Counted from the first letter of the stretch, positions 44,753 through 57,474 are shown. The stretch: 64,000 bases of DNA from Acipenser ruthenus (GCF_902713425.1 NC_081214.1:10880641-10944640); one strand, 5' to 3'. The notes: generated by a model not told the origin, from the letters alone. Translations and numbers: made by a program.

Positions 44753-45485
44753 GTCTGACTGCATTTATTTTACATCTTAGCAAGAGGTTACTTTCAATTA
44801 ATAAATTAAGGCACCACAATTTTGGAGGACCGATAATACAATTTTGCTTTAAAACTCAGTAAAATGCTTTCAATAATGAATGCAGTTTTTTTTTATGTTA
44901 AAAACTTTTTGCGTTTTGATTTTATCAAGGTCTTTACACCAAAACATTTTTTTTTCGCATTTTTAGTTAATTAACAGGAACTGTTACTATAAAAATAGTA
45001 AAAAATACCTTTGTTTATCTTAAATTAAACTTCAAGGTAGTTTTCGCTAGTTTAATATTCAGATGGAAAATATGGTGCAAATTGCATTTTAATTGCACCT
45101 TTAAATTTGGCCCAGGAAGCTTTGTAAAAGAAGTTTCCTCTGTGATGCTGTGGTTTGCCCATTTCATTGACCACCATGCAAAAAAAAAACATTTTGCTGC
45201 TCTGGAGCCTTATCTTTCATCCCAGTGAAATAGCTGTAATATATGAGCATTGTAATTGTACTTCAGTCCAATCTAGTGCCATATAAAGAGGCCTGTATGA
45301 AGCTGGTGAAGATGCTGTTTTATTGAATTTTTTAAATAGAAATGCCAGTATAATTATCATTCGGTACTATAGTTTTATAAAGCTATAAGTATTCAGGTCA
45401 TTTACATCAGCTTTTCAAAGAGAGGTGAATCAAGAAGCATACCCAACTTATTTATATCACACTTATTTCTTTAAATGTATTTCAG

Positions 45486-45529
45486 GACACAGTAGAGAAG
45501 ATCTGTGTGAATGAAATGGAGGAAACTGG
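45486..45529 (+). CDS. parp4: PARP4-like short exon (DTVEKICVNEMEET-)
   Basis: Acceptor tttcag|, donor actgg|gtgcgt; matches DTVEKICIKEIGTK; phase continues correctly into the next exon. Confidence 0.6.
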
Positions 45530-45853
45530 GTGCGTGCTCATTCAAGAATACTTTTAATGCAGTGTAGTTTAAGAGCAATATAAGAGCAAACTGGGTTCTG
45601 TTTTGTAGATATAGGTCATCTGTGCTAGTCTGAGATTAATCTGAGAAGACTGGGATGCTCAGAGAACACAGGCTTTATTTTATATAAATGAGAATCTCTC
45701 TACCTTCATTTCTTTCCATCACAGCAAATGTTTGCATTTAAGTAAAAAGAGAAACGTTTGTTTTCAATGCTTTAGAGCTAGTAACATTGGGGATACTGTA
45801 AGATTTTGTTCAGCTGTAATTATAAAAACTGAATCTGTGTTTTTTTGAAGTAG

Positions 45854-45935
45854 TGGATTTGCCTTGGATATGTCGGTTGAAATGCCACATGAGATCACAC
45901 GCATTTGGTCTGGAACCCACAAAATCAAAGTCAAG
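45854..45935 (+). CDS. parp4: PARP4-like exon (GFALDMSVEMPHEITRIWSGTHKIKVK)
   Basis: Acceptor gaagtag|, donor caag|gtattc; matches SFSLTMSIEMPYVIEFIFSDTHELKQK. Confidence 0.7.
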
Positions 45936-46802
45936 GTATTCCCCATTTGTTGTTTGTATAATGATTCATATGTTTGTATAATGATTCATGTGTTTTTATT
46001 ATATATATTTTTTAAATTTTGTCCACCCACTGGAATCCCCTTGATGTTTGTCATGCCCACAAACAGGACATTGGAATTAGAAGCTCCCAGCAGATCACGT
46101 GATTCATTCATTTGAAAAACTGGTAGCTCTAAACCCTACTACACAGTTGGGGAGCCCAACTTTCAAAACAGAACCTTACATTTAATTGTTATATAAAGTT
46201 TAATTCCCCACATCTGTTGATAGGTTTGACCCTCCAGAATAGATTTATCATGTATACCTTTACTTTATGTACAGGTACAAAGTACTATATATTATTTTTG
46301 TTAAATTATTGATAAAAAAATAATAATAAAACAGACCTACATATCTGTAAATATGCTGTAACTATGCTTCCTGGGCAACCAAAATAATGTACCCAGCTAA
46401 GTCCTATGAGATTGGTATACTTAGTAAAATGTTCATAGTCTGCTATGTTTAACAGCACTTTCAGCTTCTTGTGCTGGCCAGGCCAATCATGTTTATCTAC
46501 CAAGCTCTGATTAGAATTTACAAGTACTTTGCACTTGGAAGACAAACTAATGAAATCAAATACTGTATACACATTCCCAGACAGCGAAAACAAGCTGATT
46601 TTGGTTCCTCTTGTTTTTTAATGATTAATTAAGTTTCTCCCTAGACTCCCCAGGATGTATTTCTAGCATACCAGTTGTGGCTGATACTCCAACCAGACTC
46701 ATAGCAGTTAAGGAGACACTTTAATTTAATCCTGCAGCCACTCCTGGTTTGTGGCTGTTGGAAAATAAAGTAATAGATCTAAAAATCACATTTTTATTTC
46801 AG

Positions 46803-46940
46803 AAAACTCAATGTAAAGCAGTTGTAATCACGGAAGAGAACAGCTCTTTAGGACCGGGTGGATTCAGCCTTACTATTGACTTGTCTGAAGTGTACCTGCC
46901 CAGGATGTGGGTTGAGAAGCACCCGGACAAAGACAGCCAG
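46803..46940 (+). CDS. parp4: PARP4-like exon (KTQCKAVVITEENSSLGPGGFSLTIDLSEVYLPRMWVEKHPDKDSQ)
   Basis: Acceptor tatttcag|, donor gccag|gtgagc; matches RTDCKAVISTMEGSSLDSSGFSLHIGLSAAYLPRMWVEKHPEKESE. Confidence 0.8.
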
Positions 46941-47146
46941 GTGAGCACCGAGAACAAGGACATGCTGTTGAGATGATTGTCTTATTATGTAAAGCTTGCC
47001 ATTTAGATTTAGCAGAATATGTACATGTTTTTCTACCACATATACTGGGCTGATCTTTACTATAAATACAGGTAAGTCCTTGTTTTTGGACCACAGTAAA
47101 GACTGGTGCCCTAGAACAGTGGTCCTGCACAGTGTGGGGCGCGGAG

Positions 47147-47865
47147 AGTCAGTAAGGAGGGCGCGACTATGACAAAAGAGTCAGCTCTGTGAAAATCTGT
47201 ATTGTATATATTGTAATAAAGTGATTCAAGGGCACTATATAATCTTGAGGATGGAAAGAGCTTTATGCCCTGTGATTTCACTCTACAACCACTAGAGGTC
47301 TTGGCCTGACTACAAGGGAGTCAGGAAGAAACTACATTGCCCAGAAGGCCACAGGGTTTGGCTTGTTGGCCCAGTTAATTGATTTATTGTTGGCAGGTGG
47401 ACTTAAATCAAGTAATTACAAGCCCTTTAAAAAGGGACAGGTTCAACCCGTCTAAGGGAGGAGTATGGAAGAAAGGTACGTGTGTGTGGAGCTGGAGAGA
47501 AAAACTAAAGAGAACAAAACGCGTCATTGAAGAAATTAAGTTTAATATTTGTTTTGTTACGGGTAAATGGCTAGCCGTCCTGTGGTTAGATCGGGCTTCC
47601 TTACAAAAGTTAAGTTAGTGCTCCTTGCCGGAGTTAGGCTTTTGTTTTGTTTGTTTGTTTGTTTGTTTGTTTTGTTATAGCGAATTAAGAATAAATAAAT
47701 AAAGAACACCAAGAGTGTTGTTGAACTGCAATTCAAGTCTCCTACCTGTGTTTCACTACAAGACCTACTACACCTCAGGGTCACGTCATCACAATATATA
47801 TAACAAGAGAGTCAGTAAGGAGGGCGCGGCTATGACTAAAGAGGCAGCTCTGTGAATATTATATA
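47147..47865. repeat. Pair of about 60-bp direct repeats (gagtcagtaaggagggcgcg[a/g]ctatgac.aaagag.cagctctgtgaa) at 47147-47210 and 47800-47865, bracketing about 590 bp; unassigned
   Basis: Direct reading; the interior contains aataaataaataaag; no coding signal. Confidence 0.3.
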
Positions 47866-49875
47866 TATATATAAATAGTTTGAGGCTACACAGTTCGAGG
47901 CTACTGCACGGCCATTGAATCACAGGCAGGCGCTGAGGGAGAGTTTTGGAGAGCGTCTGCTTTGCAGGAACTACCCTAAAAACCCTTCAACTGCAAGACG
48001 GTGTCCAGCCAGGACCATCGGAACAGCCCGGAGTCGCTGGGAGACCAGGACTTTGGAAATAATAGAACAGAAGTAGGTCAGTTTAGGGGATGTTGATCCC
48101 AACACAGTATAGAGAGGGTTACGTAGAGCAGCGGGGTTCTGGAGCAGGACGTTCCTGTTAGTGGGACTAGCGCTCCCCATTTTGTGCGGCAAACATTTAT
48201 TTTTAGCTTTGTTTTTGTTTAGTTTCTTTATTAAATCTGCACGCCTGTTTGGTGTGTCCATACCAGTGCGCTGTGTCTGTCTCAGGGTCTTCCAGTGACT
48301 ACCCACACACGTAACACACAGCGTGTTATAAGCTCTCATTATGTTTTATTTTATAGGTGTCTAATTTGATTGAACTACTTTAATTTTACCTGACTGTTAT
48401 TATCTAAACAATCAAAACAGTGTTTTAAAATGACTCGGTAGCCCAGTGGAGCTCTCCATATGGTTTCTTTTGAAAATGTTGTCATTTCAGATAAAAAAAA
48501 AAACCTTTAAGAAGGGTTTCTTGCTGTCACAAAGCAGTCTTTCTTTATTCTAGTCTGGTGCTGATCGGGTCTGCAAAACCTGTTTTCTAAAAAGTGGTAG
48601 TTCACCTCTTCCTATGATTTATGAGAATATTAAACGTCTAGAAACAGACTTTCTTTCACTTAAAAAAAAAAAACAAAAAAAACAGTGATTAGACAAACAT
48701 GGTTGCAGCAGTACAATAAAACATATTACAATACAAACATACAAAAATAAAATATATTTAAAACACAGACAAGTTCTACTCAATACAATAAACAATCAGT
48801 TAGTGACATCAATTAGTGACAGGTGTAATCAACTACTTAAAACAAGCACAAAATGAGTGCGATCTAAGACTGTAGTTACTACAAGTGACTGTAAAGTATT
48901 CATGTATATATAGAGGTATATGTGTCCCCATAATCAATTTGTGGTAGAAATATACAAGCAATTAGCCTTTTTTTTGTAACTACAGAAAAACAAGATTTGA
49001 ATCTACAGAAAAATTTCAATTTTTTTGCAATATGGTTAATATGGGCCTTGAAATCAAGATTACTGTCCAGCCAAATACCCAGCTACTTATAGTTGTCAAC
49101 TAACTCAATGGCTTTGCTATCTAAAGTAACTAGTTGAATCAACAGTAGTTTAATTAAAAAGTAGCATTTGTTCTTGTAGCAGAGAATACCATAGCTTACT
49201 ACAGTTTAAAAGAAGCTTTAAAATACTTAAAGCTCTTTGAATGGAGTCAAAATCAGATTGTCGATTGCCAAAGAGGGGAGGGATTACATGAATATAAAAT
49301 TACATTAGATTTTTTTTTTAAAGTAACAAAAATGCTTATTCACTGCCAAACAAGAACTACTTTGGATGTGTAATGACTGCAGTATAGGATACTGACCTTA
49401 AGGTTAGGGTTTCGGTGTAGGGAGAAGATTATTTTTATTCAGAGTGCAGTGTCCTGACAGGAGAATTTTGTGTTAGCTTTGTAAGGACAGCCACTTCTGT
49501 GTATATGAAAGAGTGCTTTGAGTATGTTGATGCGATAATGATTATTGCAGCACCTGAAAAAAAACACGGGCGCTGATGGGCGTTCTAGTAATTTACAGGA
49601 CGGGTGCTGACATGCGTTGTGGGGTTTAGAGGATTAACTAGTATATTCTTGGTTGTTTAGATTAATGTATATGTTAAGTCTGAAGTCGGCCAATGACATC
49701 AATGACCAGGCACTGTTGCCAGAGCCCAAAAGCAAGGGCCAATGACAGCATTGTTCAATTTTGTCAGTCAATGTCGTCATAAAGATCTAAATAACAAGAT
49801 TGGCTGGGCAAGGACGACATTGCCCAGTACTAGGTGGTCAATGTTGAAACAATCGTAAATACAACTACTAACATA

Positions 49876-51462
49876 CAGTACTGTGCAAAAGTTTTAGGCA
49901 GGTGTGAAAAAATGCTGTAAAGTAAGAATGCTTTCAAAAATAGACATGTTAATAGTTTATATTTATCAATTAACAAAATGCAAAGTGAGTGAACAGAAGA
50001 AAAATTTACATAAAATCAATATTTGGTGTGACCACCCTTTGCCTTCAAAACAGCATCAATTCTTCTAGGTACACTTGCACACAGTTTTTGAAGGAACTCG
50101 GCAGGTAGGTTGGCCCAAACATCTTGGAGAACTAACCACAGTTCTTCTGTGGATTTAGGCAGCCTCAGTTGCTTCTTTCTCTTCATGTAATCCCAGACAG
50201 ACTCGATGATGTTGAGATCAGGGCTCTGTGGGGGCCATACCATCACTTCCAGGACTCCTTGTTCTTCTTTACGCTGAAGATAGTTCTTAATGACTTTCGC
50301 TGTATGTTTGGGGTCGTTGTCATGCTGCAGAATAAATTTGGGGCCAATCAGATGCCTCCCTGATGGTATTGCATGATGGATAAGTATCTGCCTGTACTTC
50401 TCAGCATTGAGGAGACCATTAATTCTGACCAAATCCCCAGCTCCATTTGCAGAAATGCAGCCCCAAACTTGCAAGGAACCTCCACCATGCTTCACTGTTG
50501 CCTGCAGACACTCATTCGTGTAGCGCTCTCCAGCCCTTCGGCGAACAAACTGCCTTCTGCTACAGCCAAATATTTCAAATTTTGACTCATCAGTCCAGAG
50601 CACCTGCTGCCATTTTGCTGCACCCCAGTTCCTGTGTTTTCGTGCATAGTTGAGTCGCTTGGCCTTGTTTCCACGTCGGAGGTATGGCTTTTTGGCAGCA
50701 AGTCTTCCATGAAGGCCACTTCTGACCAGACTTCTCCGGACAGTAGATGGGTGTACCAGGGTCCCCTGTTTTCTGCCAATTCTGAGCTGATGGCACTGCT
50801 GGACATCTTCCGATTGCGAAGGGAATTAAGCATGATGTGTCTTTCATCTGCTGCAGTAAGTTTCCTTGGCCGACCACTGCGTCTACGGTCCTCAACGTTG
50901 CCCGTTTCTTTGTGCTTCTTCAAAAGAGCTTGGACAGCACATCTGGAAACCCCTGTCTGCCTTGACATTTCTGCCTGGGAGAGACCTTGCTGATGCAGTA
51001 TAACTACCTTGTGTCTTGTTGCTGTGCTCAGTCTTGCCATGGTGTATGACTTTTGACAGTAAACTGTCTTCAGCAACCTCATCTTGTTAGCTGAATTTGG
51101 CTGTTCCTCACCCAGTTTTATTCCTCCTACACAGCTGTTCCTGTTTCAGTTAATGATTGTGTTTCAACCTACATATTGAATTGATGATCATTAGCACCTG
51201 TTTGGTATAATTGTTTAGTCATACACCTGACTATGTGCCTACAAAATCCCTGACTTTGTGCAAGTGTACCTAGAAGAATTGATGCTGTTTTGAAGACAAA
51301 GGGTGGTCACACCAAATATGGATTTGATTTAGATTTTTCTTCTGTTCACTCACTTTGCATTTAGTTAATTGATAAATATAATCTATTAACATGTCTATTT
51401 TTGAAAGCATTCTTACTTTACAGCATTTTTTCACACCTGCCTAAAACTTTTGCACAGTACTG
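49876..51462 (-). mobile_element. Tc1-like DNA transposon, family 1, copy c (about 98% identical to copy a), TA TSD
   Basis: Perfect termini cagtactgtgcaaaagttttaggcaggtgtg...cacacctgcctaaaacttttgcacagtactg flanked by TA; transposase ORFs 50016-50603 and 50492-51082 on the minus strand, split in the same way as copy a. Confidence 0.9.
50016..51043 (-). pseudogene. Tc1 transposase (same two shared frameshifts as copy a)
   Basis: MARLSTATRHKVVILHQQGLSQAEMSRQ... / MLWTDESKFEIFGCSRRQFVRRRAGERYTNECL...KAKGGHTKY. Confidence 0.85.
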
Positions 51463-51877
51463 TATACTGGAGGAAAAGAAAATAAACAACGCCTGTATAT
51501 TTTCAAATACTTCATTGCTTTATTCAACAAAATGTATTCAATATTTAAGAGAATCAACAATACAGATTTAAATTAACAACAATGCAGGCGCCATTTTAGA
51601 AACTATTGACTATCAATTTATAACAAACAGCTTTATAAATCAAATACATTCTCAACTATTTCCCAGACAGCGAAAATATACACGACTAAAAATAGAACAA
51701 CTGCTTAATAGCAAATATGAAACAGGAAAATGTATCAAACTCAAAAGATTTATTTACACAACATTTTCAAATGCTCAGAATGAAAAGAACGAGAAAAGTA
51801 ACAAAAACAAGTATATGCTTTGAAACGCAAAACCAGTACAATGGTAATAACAAATTACTAGCAGATGAGTCAATTTT

Positions 51878-51900
51878 GGGGGGGGGGGGGGGGGGGGGAA
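51878..51900. repeat. Poly(G) homopolymer (about 23 nt)
   Basis: Direct reading. Confidence 0.9.
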
Positions 51901-52349
51901 TAATAATAATAGTCCCGAAAATCGAAATGCTGTATAAAAATATCCAAAATATCCAGTCCCCCAAAAATATATTTTTAATCCAAAAAAGTAACTGCGGGGG
52001 AAAAAAAACCAAACAATGCAAAACAAAAAAGCTCGGTCTCCCTGGTAATCCAAATTGAGAAGGCTGATTCTTCAGAGATAATATTCTTGCTGATCATGGC
52101 TTAGGAATGAAGATCCGCAGCAGGGCATGGCGTACACAGTAATAACACAGCTGCATTGGAGTTTTGTGGTTGTTATTTATAACTTTTTTGTATCTTTCCA
52201 TAAGCTATACTGACTGAACTACAATGGATTACAAACTTTACAAGCAACTCCATTTCAAAATGTGCACAACCCAGGATGTCTTTTTTTTTTAAAGGGATAC
52301 ACTCCTACAATGGGCTAATTTTTTTTCTTTCTGCGTACCTTTTTCTTAA

Positions 52350-52886
52350 TTTTTTTAAATTTTATTATTATTATTATTATTATTATTTTTTTTTTTAATT
52401 TAGTCTCGCCAATTTTTCGCCAATTTTTTTTACCCCGGTTTTCTCCCCAGTTTAGTATGCCCAATTATTATCTGTATCCTCGGCTCACCGCTCGCAACCC
52501 CCCCGCCGACTCGGGGAAACGGCGGCTGGAACACACGTCCTCCGAAACGTGCTCCTGCCAAGCCGTCATTTTTCGCAATGCAGATCAACAGCAATGCCAC
52601 CAGACCTATAGTGCCGGAGGACTACACAGATCTGGCGGCTCCACTGCAGAACCACAGATGCCCTATCGGCCACAGGGATCGCTGATGCGCGGTGAGCCAT
52701 GGATTCCCCTGCCGACCTAAGCCCTCCCTACCCGGGCAACGCTCAGCTAATTGTGCGCCGCCCCCTAGGAACTCCCGGTCACGGTCGGCTGTGACATAGC
52801 CTGGATTCGAACCTGCGATCTCCAGGCTATAGGGCACATCCTGCACTCCGCGCGGAGCGCCTTTACTGGGCCACTCGGGAGCTCTC
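52350..52886 (-). mobile_element. Long tRNA-related SINE, family B, copy B3, with a clean 17-bp target-site duplication
   Basis: TSD gcgtacctttttcttaa at 52333-52349 and 52887-52903; (AAT)n/A-rich tail at the low-coordinate end; head ...cactcgggagc at the high-coordinate end. Confidence 0.9.
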
Positions 52887-53514
52887 GCGTACCTTTTTCT
52901 TAAAAAAAAATAGCGTTGCCAGGCCAGGCTTACTGCTGCTAAATATAAGAGACAGCAGGTGGAACGCTTATTGTCCGACGTTATAAGGTATTTGCTACAG
53001 ATTGGCATAGTTACATACATTGCCCGAGACTCGCTGGGAATTGTTGACAATGGCCGGTTAATGTCCGAAGTACTCTACATTTATGTTAAGAAAACAACAT
53101 TGGCCAAAGTGAGCGGCTATTGATGTCAGTGAACGGCACTGCTGTCAGAGCCCAAGAGCAACGGTCATTGACAGCATTGGCCAATTTTCAGTCTGGCCGT
53201 AACAGACACATTTCTGTTTTGGTTATCACATCCTACAGAGTTTTTGTTTTTTAAAGGGTCTTGAACATGTCCTCTATCTACAGTAGGTAGTCCAGCTAAC
53301 ACAAGAGTGTAAACATTAACCTACTCCCTTCCACTCTAGTGGATGCAAGAAATGCAACCGTAATATTCCAGTATGTTTTTGTGGGCCAAACAAGTCTTAA
53401 TTCCACTTCTTTATAAAGCAATGTGCTGGTGAATGTACTGCATCAGTATGTGTTTACTGACAAATCATGCATTTTCAATATGGTCAAGTGTGTTTTCTTT
53501 TCTTATGTTTTCAG

Positions 53515-53698
53515 GCTTGCATGTTGGTGTTTTGCCCAGAGTTTGCTCCTAGTAGTTTTCCAGAGGACTGTGAGGTTGTGATTTTCTTGGACAGTTCCAA
53601 TTCCATGAGGGGGGCAGTGCTGCAGGAAGCCAGAAAGATTGCTCTGCGGCTGCTGAATTCACTGCATTGCAAGCTCAATGTTGTCATATTTGGTACAG
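53515..53698 (+). CDS. parp4: PARP4-like exon, vWA domain with MIDAS motif (ACMLVFCPEFAPSSFPEDCEVVIFLDSSNSMRGAVLQEARKIALRLLNSLHCKLNVVIFGT)
   Basis: Acceptor ttttcag|, donor acag|gtaggt; matches ACMLVFQPDL...SEVIICLDCSSSMEGVTFLQAKQIALHALSLVGEKQKVNIIQFGT. Confidence 0.85.
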
Positions 53699-54090
53699 GT
53701 AGGTCATGGTTAAAAAATATGAATCTCTTTTTTTCCTGCATAATCATTTTCATTACATTTGGAAGGAAATATTACTACGTTTTGTGTAAATCTCTGGGTA
53801 ATGTCACAGATAAAATTTGGTGGCCATTAGTTTGCAGAACTTAGTTTAAGACACTAATTGCATAGCAGTTGAATCCATTCCAGGTTTTTATGTGAACGTA
53901 CAGGAGATGAATGGTGTGTCTAGTTAAGCTCAGCTATGCCTAATAACCTGACATGGCTCCATTGCAAAGGGAGTCTTGTATTTGAGGTAAAGTATGTGTC
54001 TTTATGCAATTCAAGGTATTTTTCAGACTTTTGCTACCTAACCTCTAATACCAAACTTTATTTATTTTTTCAATGCTTTGTAATGTGCAG

Positions 54091-54155
54091 ACTGTAAGGA
54101 ATTGTTCCCCTGCCCACAAGATTATGTCTTGGAAGCTGCAAAGCAGTTTATAATG
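54091..54155 (+). CDS. parp4: PARP4-like exon ((G)DCKELFPCPQDYVLEAAKQFIM)
   Basis: Acceptor gtgcag|, donor aatg|gtaagt; matches GYKELFSYPKHITSNTMAAEFIMSA. Confidence 0.7.
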
Positions 54156-54255
54156 GTAAGTGTTTGCTTGTACTGGGTACGATACAGGCATCTCTTTAAG
54201 TGTTGAACAGTTATTAGCTCTGAATATTTCTTCTTACTTCTCTATCTTTTTAAAG

Positions 54256-54443
54256 TTTTCGCCACTATTAATGGGCAACACTGATCTTTGGAGACCTTTA
54301 CGCAGTTTAAGCTTGCTGGCTCCTTCTAAAGGTGTCCGTAACATCCTCTTAATTTCGGACGGACACATTCAGAGTGAAGGTTTGATCCTGCGGCTATTGA
54401 AAGAGAACGCTCATCATACCAGGATTTTCACTTGTGGAGTTGG
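54256..54443 (+). CDS. parp4: PARP4-like exon, vWA (FSPLLMGNTDLWRPLRSLSLLAPSKGVRNILLISDGHIQSEGLILRLLKENAHHTRIFTCGVG)
   Basis: Acceptor tttaaag|, donor gttgg|gtgagt; matches TPTMGNTDFWKTLRYLSLLYPARGSRNILLVSDGHLQDESLTLQLVKRSRPHTRLFACGIG. Confidence 0.85.
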
Positions 54444-54597
54444 GTGAGTTTTTTTTATTTTGTTTGCTTACAATGGAAATGCATCATTGCTTGTTAATAT
54501 TTTGATCTATTGTTCTACTGTATCTGCTGAAGAATGTCTATAAACTGATGCCTAGGATGATGCTGCTTCTTATAATAATGGGATCTCTCCAATTTAG

Positions 54598-54697
54598 CCA
54601 TACAGCAAATCGACACATGTTGAGGTCCTTGGCACAGTCTGGAGGTGGAGCTTATGAGTTTTTTGACATGAAAACAAAACACAACTGGAGAGAAAAG
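54598..54697 (+). CDS. parp4: PARP4-like exon (HTANRHMLRSLAQSGGGAYEFFDMKTKHNWREK), probable GC donor
   Basis: Acceptor aatttag|. Only ending at aag|GCAAGG (54697/98) gives phase 0 into the next exon; the GT donors at 54703 and 54727 give the wrong phase. Matches STANRHVLRILSQCGAGVFEYFNAKSKHSWRKQ. Confidence 0.6.
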
Positions 54698-55261
54698 GCA
54701 AGGTTATTTGAAGACGGCTCATACAGGTCAATAATACGCTTTCTGATACTCATCATGATAACCCAAAGCGCAGTGAAGCTAAAAGGCAAAAAATAGTCAC
54801 ATCTCAATAGTCACCAAGTGTCACTGCTTTTAAAACAAGATTAAAAACACACTTTTATAATGTACTAAAATGATGTTCCTTTTATTCTCTGCCTTGTTTT
54901 ACTGTTCTATGTGTTTATTTTGTTTTTATTGCTTTTATTGCATTCCTTTATTAATATTCATGTGAAGTGCTTTGCGGCAATTTTTATTGTGAAAGGCGCT
55001 ATATTAAAAATAAAGATTATTATTATTATAGCATTATTATGTAGCAGATCGGAATGTTTGAACAGTGATTGTTGGGAGTTCTGTGTGACAAAGTAAATTA
55101 AAACCTTATCTGATCCACTGTGTCTGGTGAAATGAGTTTATTTACAATGCCTATCTGACAAAATGACAGGGACATTGTCCGATAATATAAAACAATTGTA
55201 ATTAGTGCCTGGTATAAACTGCAGCCTGGGTTACGTGCTTCCCTTTGGTTTTCTTTGTCAG

Positions 55262-55432
55262 ATTGCCTTGCAGGTGATACAGATGGTCTTGCCGGACTGC
55301 AGCTCTGTCTCTGTGAAGTGGCAGCAGTTCAACCCCAACGCCTCCCAGCCTGTCCAGGCCCTGGCACAGCTGCACTCTGTGTTTAGTGACAATCAGCTTC
55401 TTGTTTACGGATTTGTGCCTCACTGTACACAG
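55262..55432 (+). CDS. parp4: PARP4-like exon (IALQVIQMVLPDCSSVSVKWQQFNPNASQPVQALAQLHSVFSDNQLLVYGFVPHCTQ)
   Basis: Acceptor tttgtcag|, donor acacag|gtaagc; matches IEDQMTRLCSPSCHSVSVKWQQLNPDVPEALQAPAQVPSLFLNDRLLVYGFIPHCTQ. Confidence 0.8.
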
Positions 55433-56863
55433 GTAAGCCTCAATTTACTAACCTTTCAACAGCACTGTTTCGCTGCTGTGTGTTTGATGCCAGCCATAAA
55501 TAAGTTATTCCATTACATTCTTCAGTCAGATTTCTGATATGTTAACCAATGCAGCAGGTTGACACTCTGTTGTTTGCTACGTTTTGACTGGATACATTCA
55601 GCCTGATTTTCAGAAGGTGCATTTTTAGAGGTGCATTTTCAGAAGGTGCATTTTCAACAGGGGCAGGTCCATTTCTTGTACTCGCAAAGCCCTTTGCGAC
55701 TCCTGCTTATGATCGAACAACAATTGATTTTCAGGTTCATTAACAAGCCAATTAGTCACATTTCAATAGCTGGACTAACATTTAACTGGAAAACGAGGCA
55801 GAGCACATGCAGTCACAACAATTGGGAAAAAAGAGAAGAGAAATACATTCTTAGCCACCCAAGTTGAGCTTTTGCTCGATTGATATTTTAGCACATCAAA
55901 CTGTTCTTTTTGGCAAAAGCAGACCTGCTAACCTCCGCTACGCTACGCATTTTGAGTTGGTAATACGTGGGTACGCTTTTATCAGAGATGATATGCAATA
56001 ATACGTAATCCATATTTCGCTCATCGTCTATGATGTTGCTTGTAGTTCGAGAAAGTGTTGCATCTAACGTCAGGGCCGGCTTTAGGGCAAGGCAAGATAG
56101 ATTAAATAATCAGGTTTTGAGTTTAGTTACGTGATAGAATAACCAATCACCTTTTGAGTTTAGTTGACGATCCAACCTCCGTTTAAAAAAAAAAAAAAAA
56201 AAAGTTTTCGTGAGTTGACTGACAGAAATTCCTACCACCCAGTTTCTTTGTATAATCACTGACATTCTGCTGTAGCCTATCAGGCTTTGTTGAGCTGACT
56301 CGCTTGTGTTTCAACTGCCAGTTTCGGACACATTGGAGGGAGTGTGAAGTACTGTGACTTGTGAGGAAATTATTTATTTCAAACTGGCTACGGTACCGTT
56401 GTTTTTTAATTAATGCATTAGTTATGCATTCATTTTTGTCTGGGGAAAAAACCCACTTGCGTTAAAAAAAAATAAAAAAAACGTGCTCGGTTTAGATAAC
56501 TGCATCGCATGAAAAGAAAATACAGCTGAATGAGGATTTTACAAAAATGGCGAGGGAGTAAAGCCGGGCTTACACTGCACGATTTTTGCTGATCGCCGAC
56601 AAGCTGAGGAGTCGGCGACTAATTTCTTAAAATCTGGGACAAAATGAGGTTGTCGGGGACAAAATTGTCTGTAAGTGTGAGAGGGTCTACGATGCCCCGA
56701 TAATGGCTTCTGCGATCTCCCGACGCTCTTACGACATCCCGACAAATTTCTAACATGTCAGAAAACTTTAGTCCTCGACAAAGCAGTTTGTGAAATGTGT
56801 GAGGGGCTACGGGCCGATTTATTGACGAATCCTGCCAATAGCCAATAGGACAAGCTAGCAACA

Positions 56864-57052
56864 GTGGCGACGAAGAGAAAGGTTGTGCCCCGCAAGGTGT
56901 GGAGCCTCGAAATTGAGGAAAGGATGGTGGAGATGTGGCCGGAACACCCTTGTCTCTTTGACATAAGTGACATTTCCTGTCATGATCGCGCATTGAAGGA
57001 ACAAAGATGGAGGGAAATTGCTTGCAACTTCAGGTACCTGGTAAGTAAATAA
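56864..57052 (+). pseudogene. MADF-domain (Harbinger Myb-like DNA-binding protein) first exon remnant
   Basis: MATKRKVVPRKVWSLEIEERMVEMWPEHPCLFDISDISCHDRALKEQRWREIACNFRYL, followed by donor gtaagt. The W...E..LIE.W...P.L.D......Y.DR..KE..W.EIA pattern is typical of MADF. Confidence 0.55.
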
Positions 57053-57307
57053 CTGTTATAACTTATTAACGCCGAAGCAGATACTGTGTGTGGTAGTGTG
57101 TGCTCTCATGGCAATCAGTTTCTACAGTCATTCATATTCGGTATCCCTTTCAAACCCCTACTGTATGCTTGTATTGCTCATTTAATCAAAATACGAGGAG
57201 GGGTCTGTGTGTGTGAGAAATAGAGAGAATGTAGATTATGTTGTTGCATATTTAAACCTATGACAAACTTGCAGTAGCCTACTATTAAAGTTGTATTCTA
57301 GTCTGTT

Positions 57308-57474
57308 CAAAAGCGCAACACTCGCTCGTAGTACAAAATATTTATTAGTTTAAAAGTCTTCAAATTATTCATCAGAATTTGGTATTCTGATGAAGATCGC
57401 TTGACGGCCAATCTCCCACGCCAATCTTTTAATCTAATAAATATTTTGTACTACGGGCGAGTGTTGCGCTTTTT
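57308..57474. mobile_element. MITE (about 167 bp) with about 40-bp terminal inverted repeats, nested inside the Harbinger element
   Basis: aaaagcgcaacactcgctcgtagtacaaaatatttattag ... ctaataaatattttgtactacgggcgagtgttgcgcttttt (1 mismatch); internal hairpin tcatcagaatttggtattctgatga. Confidence 0.7.
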
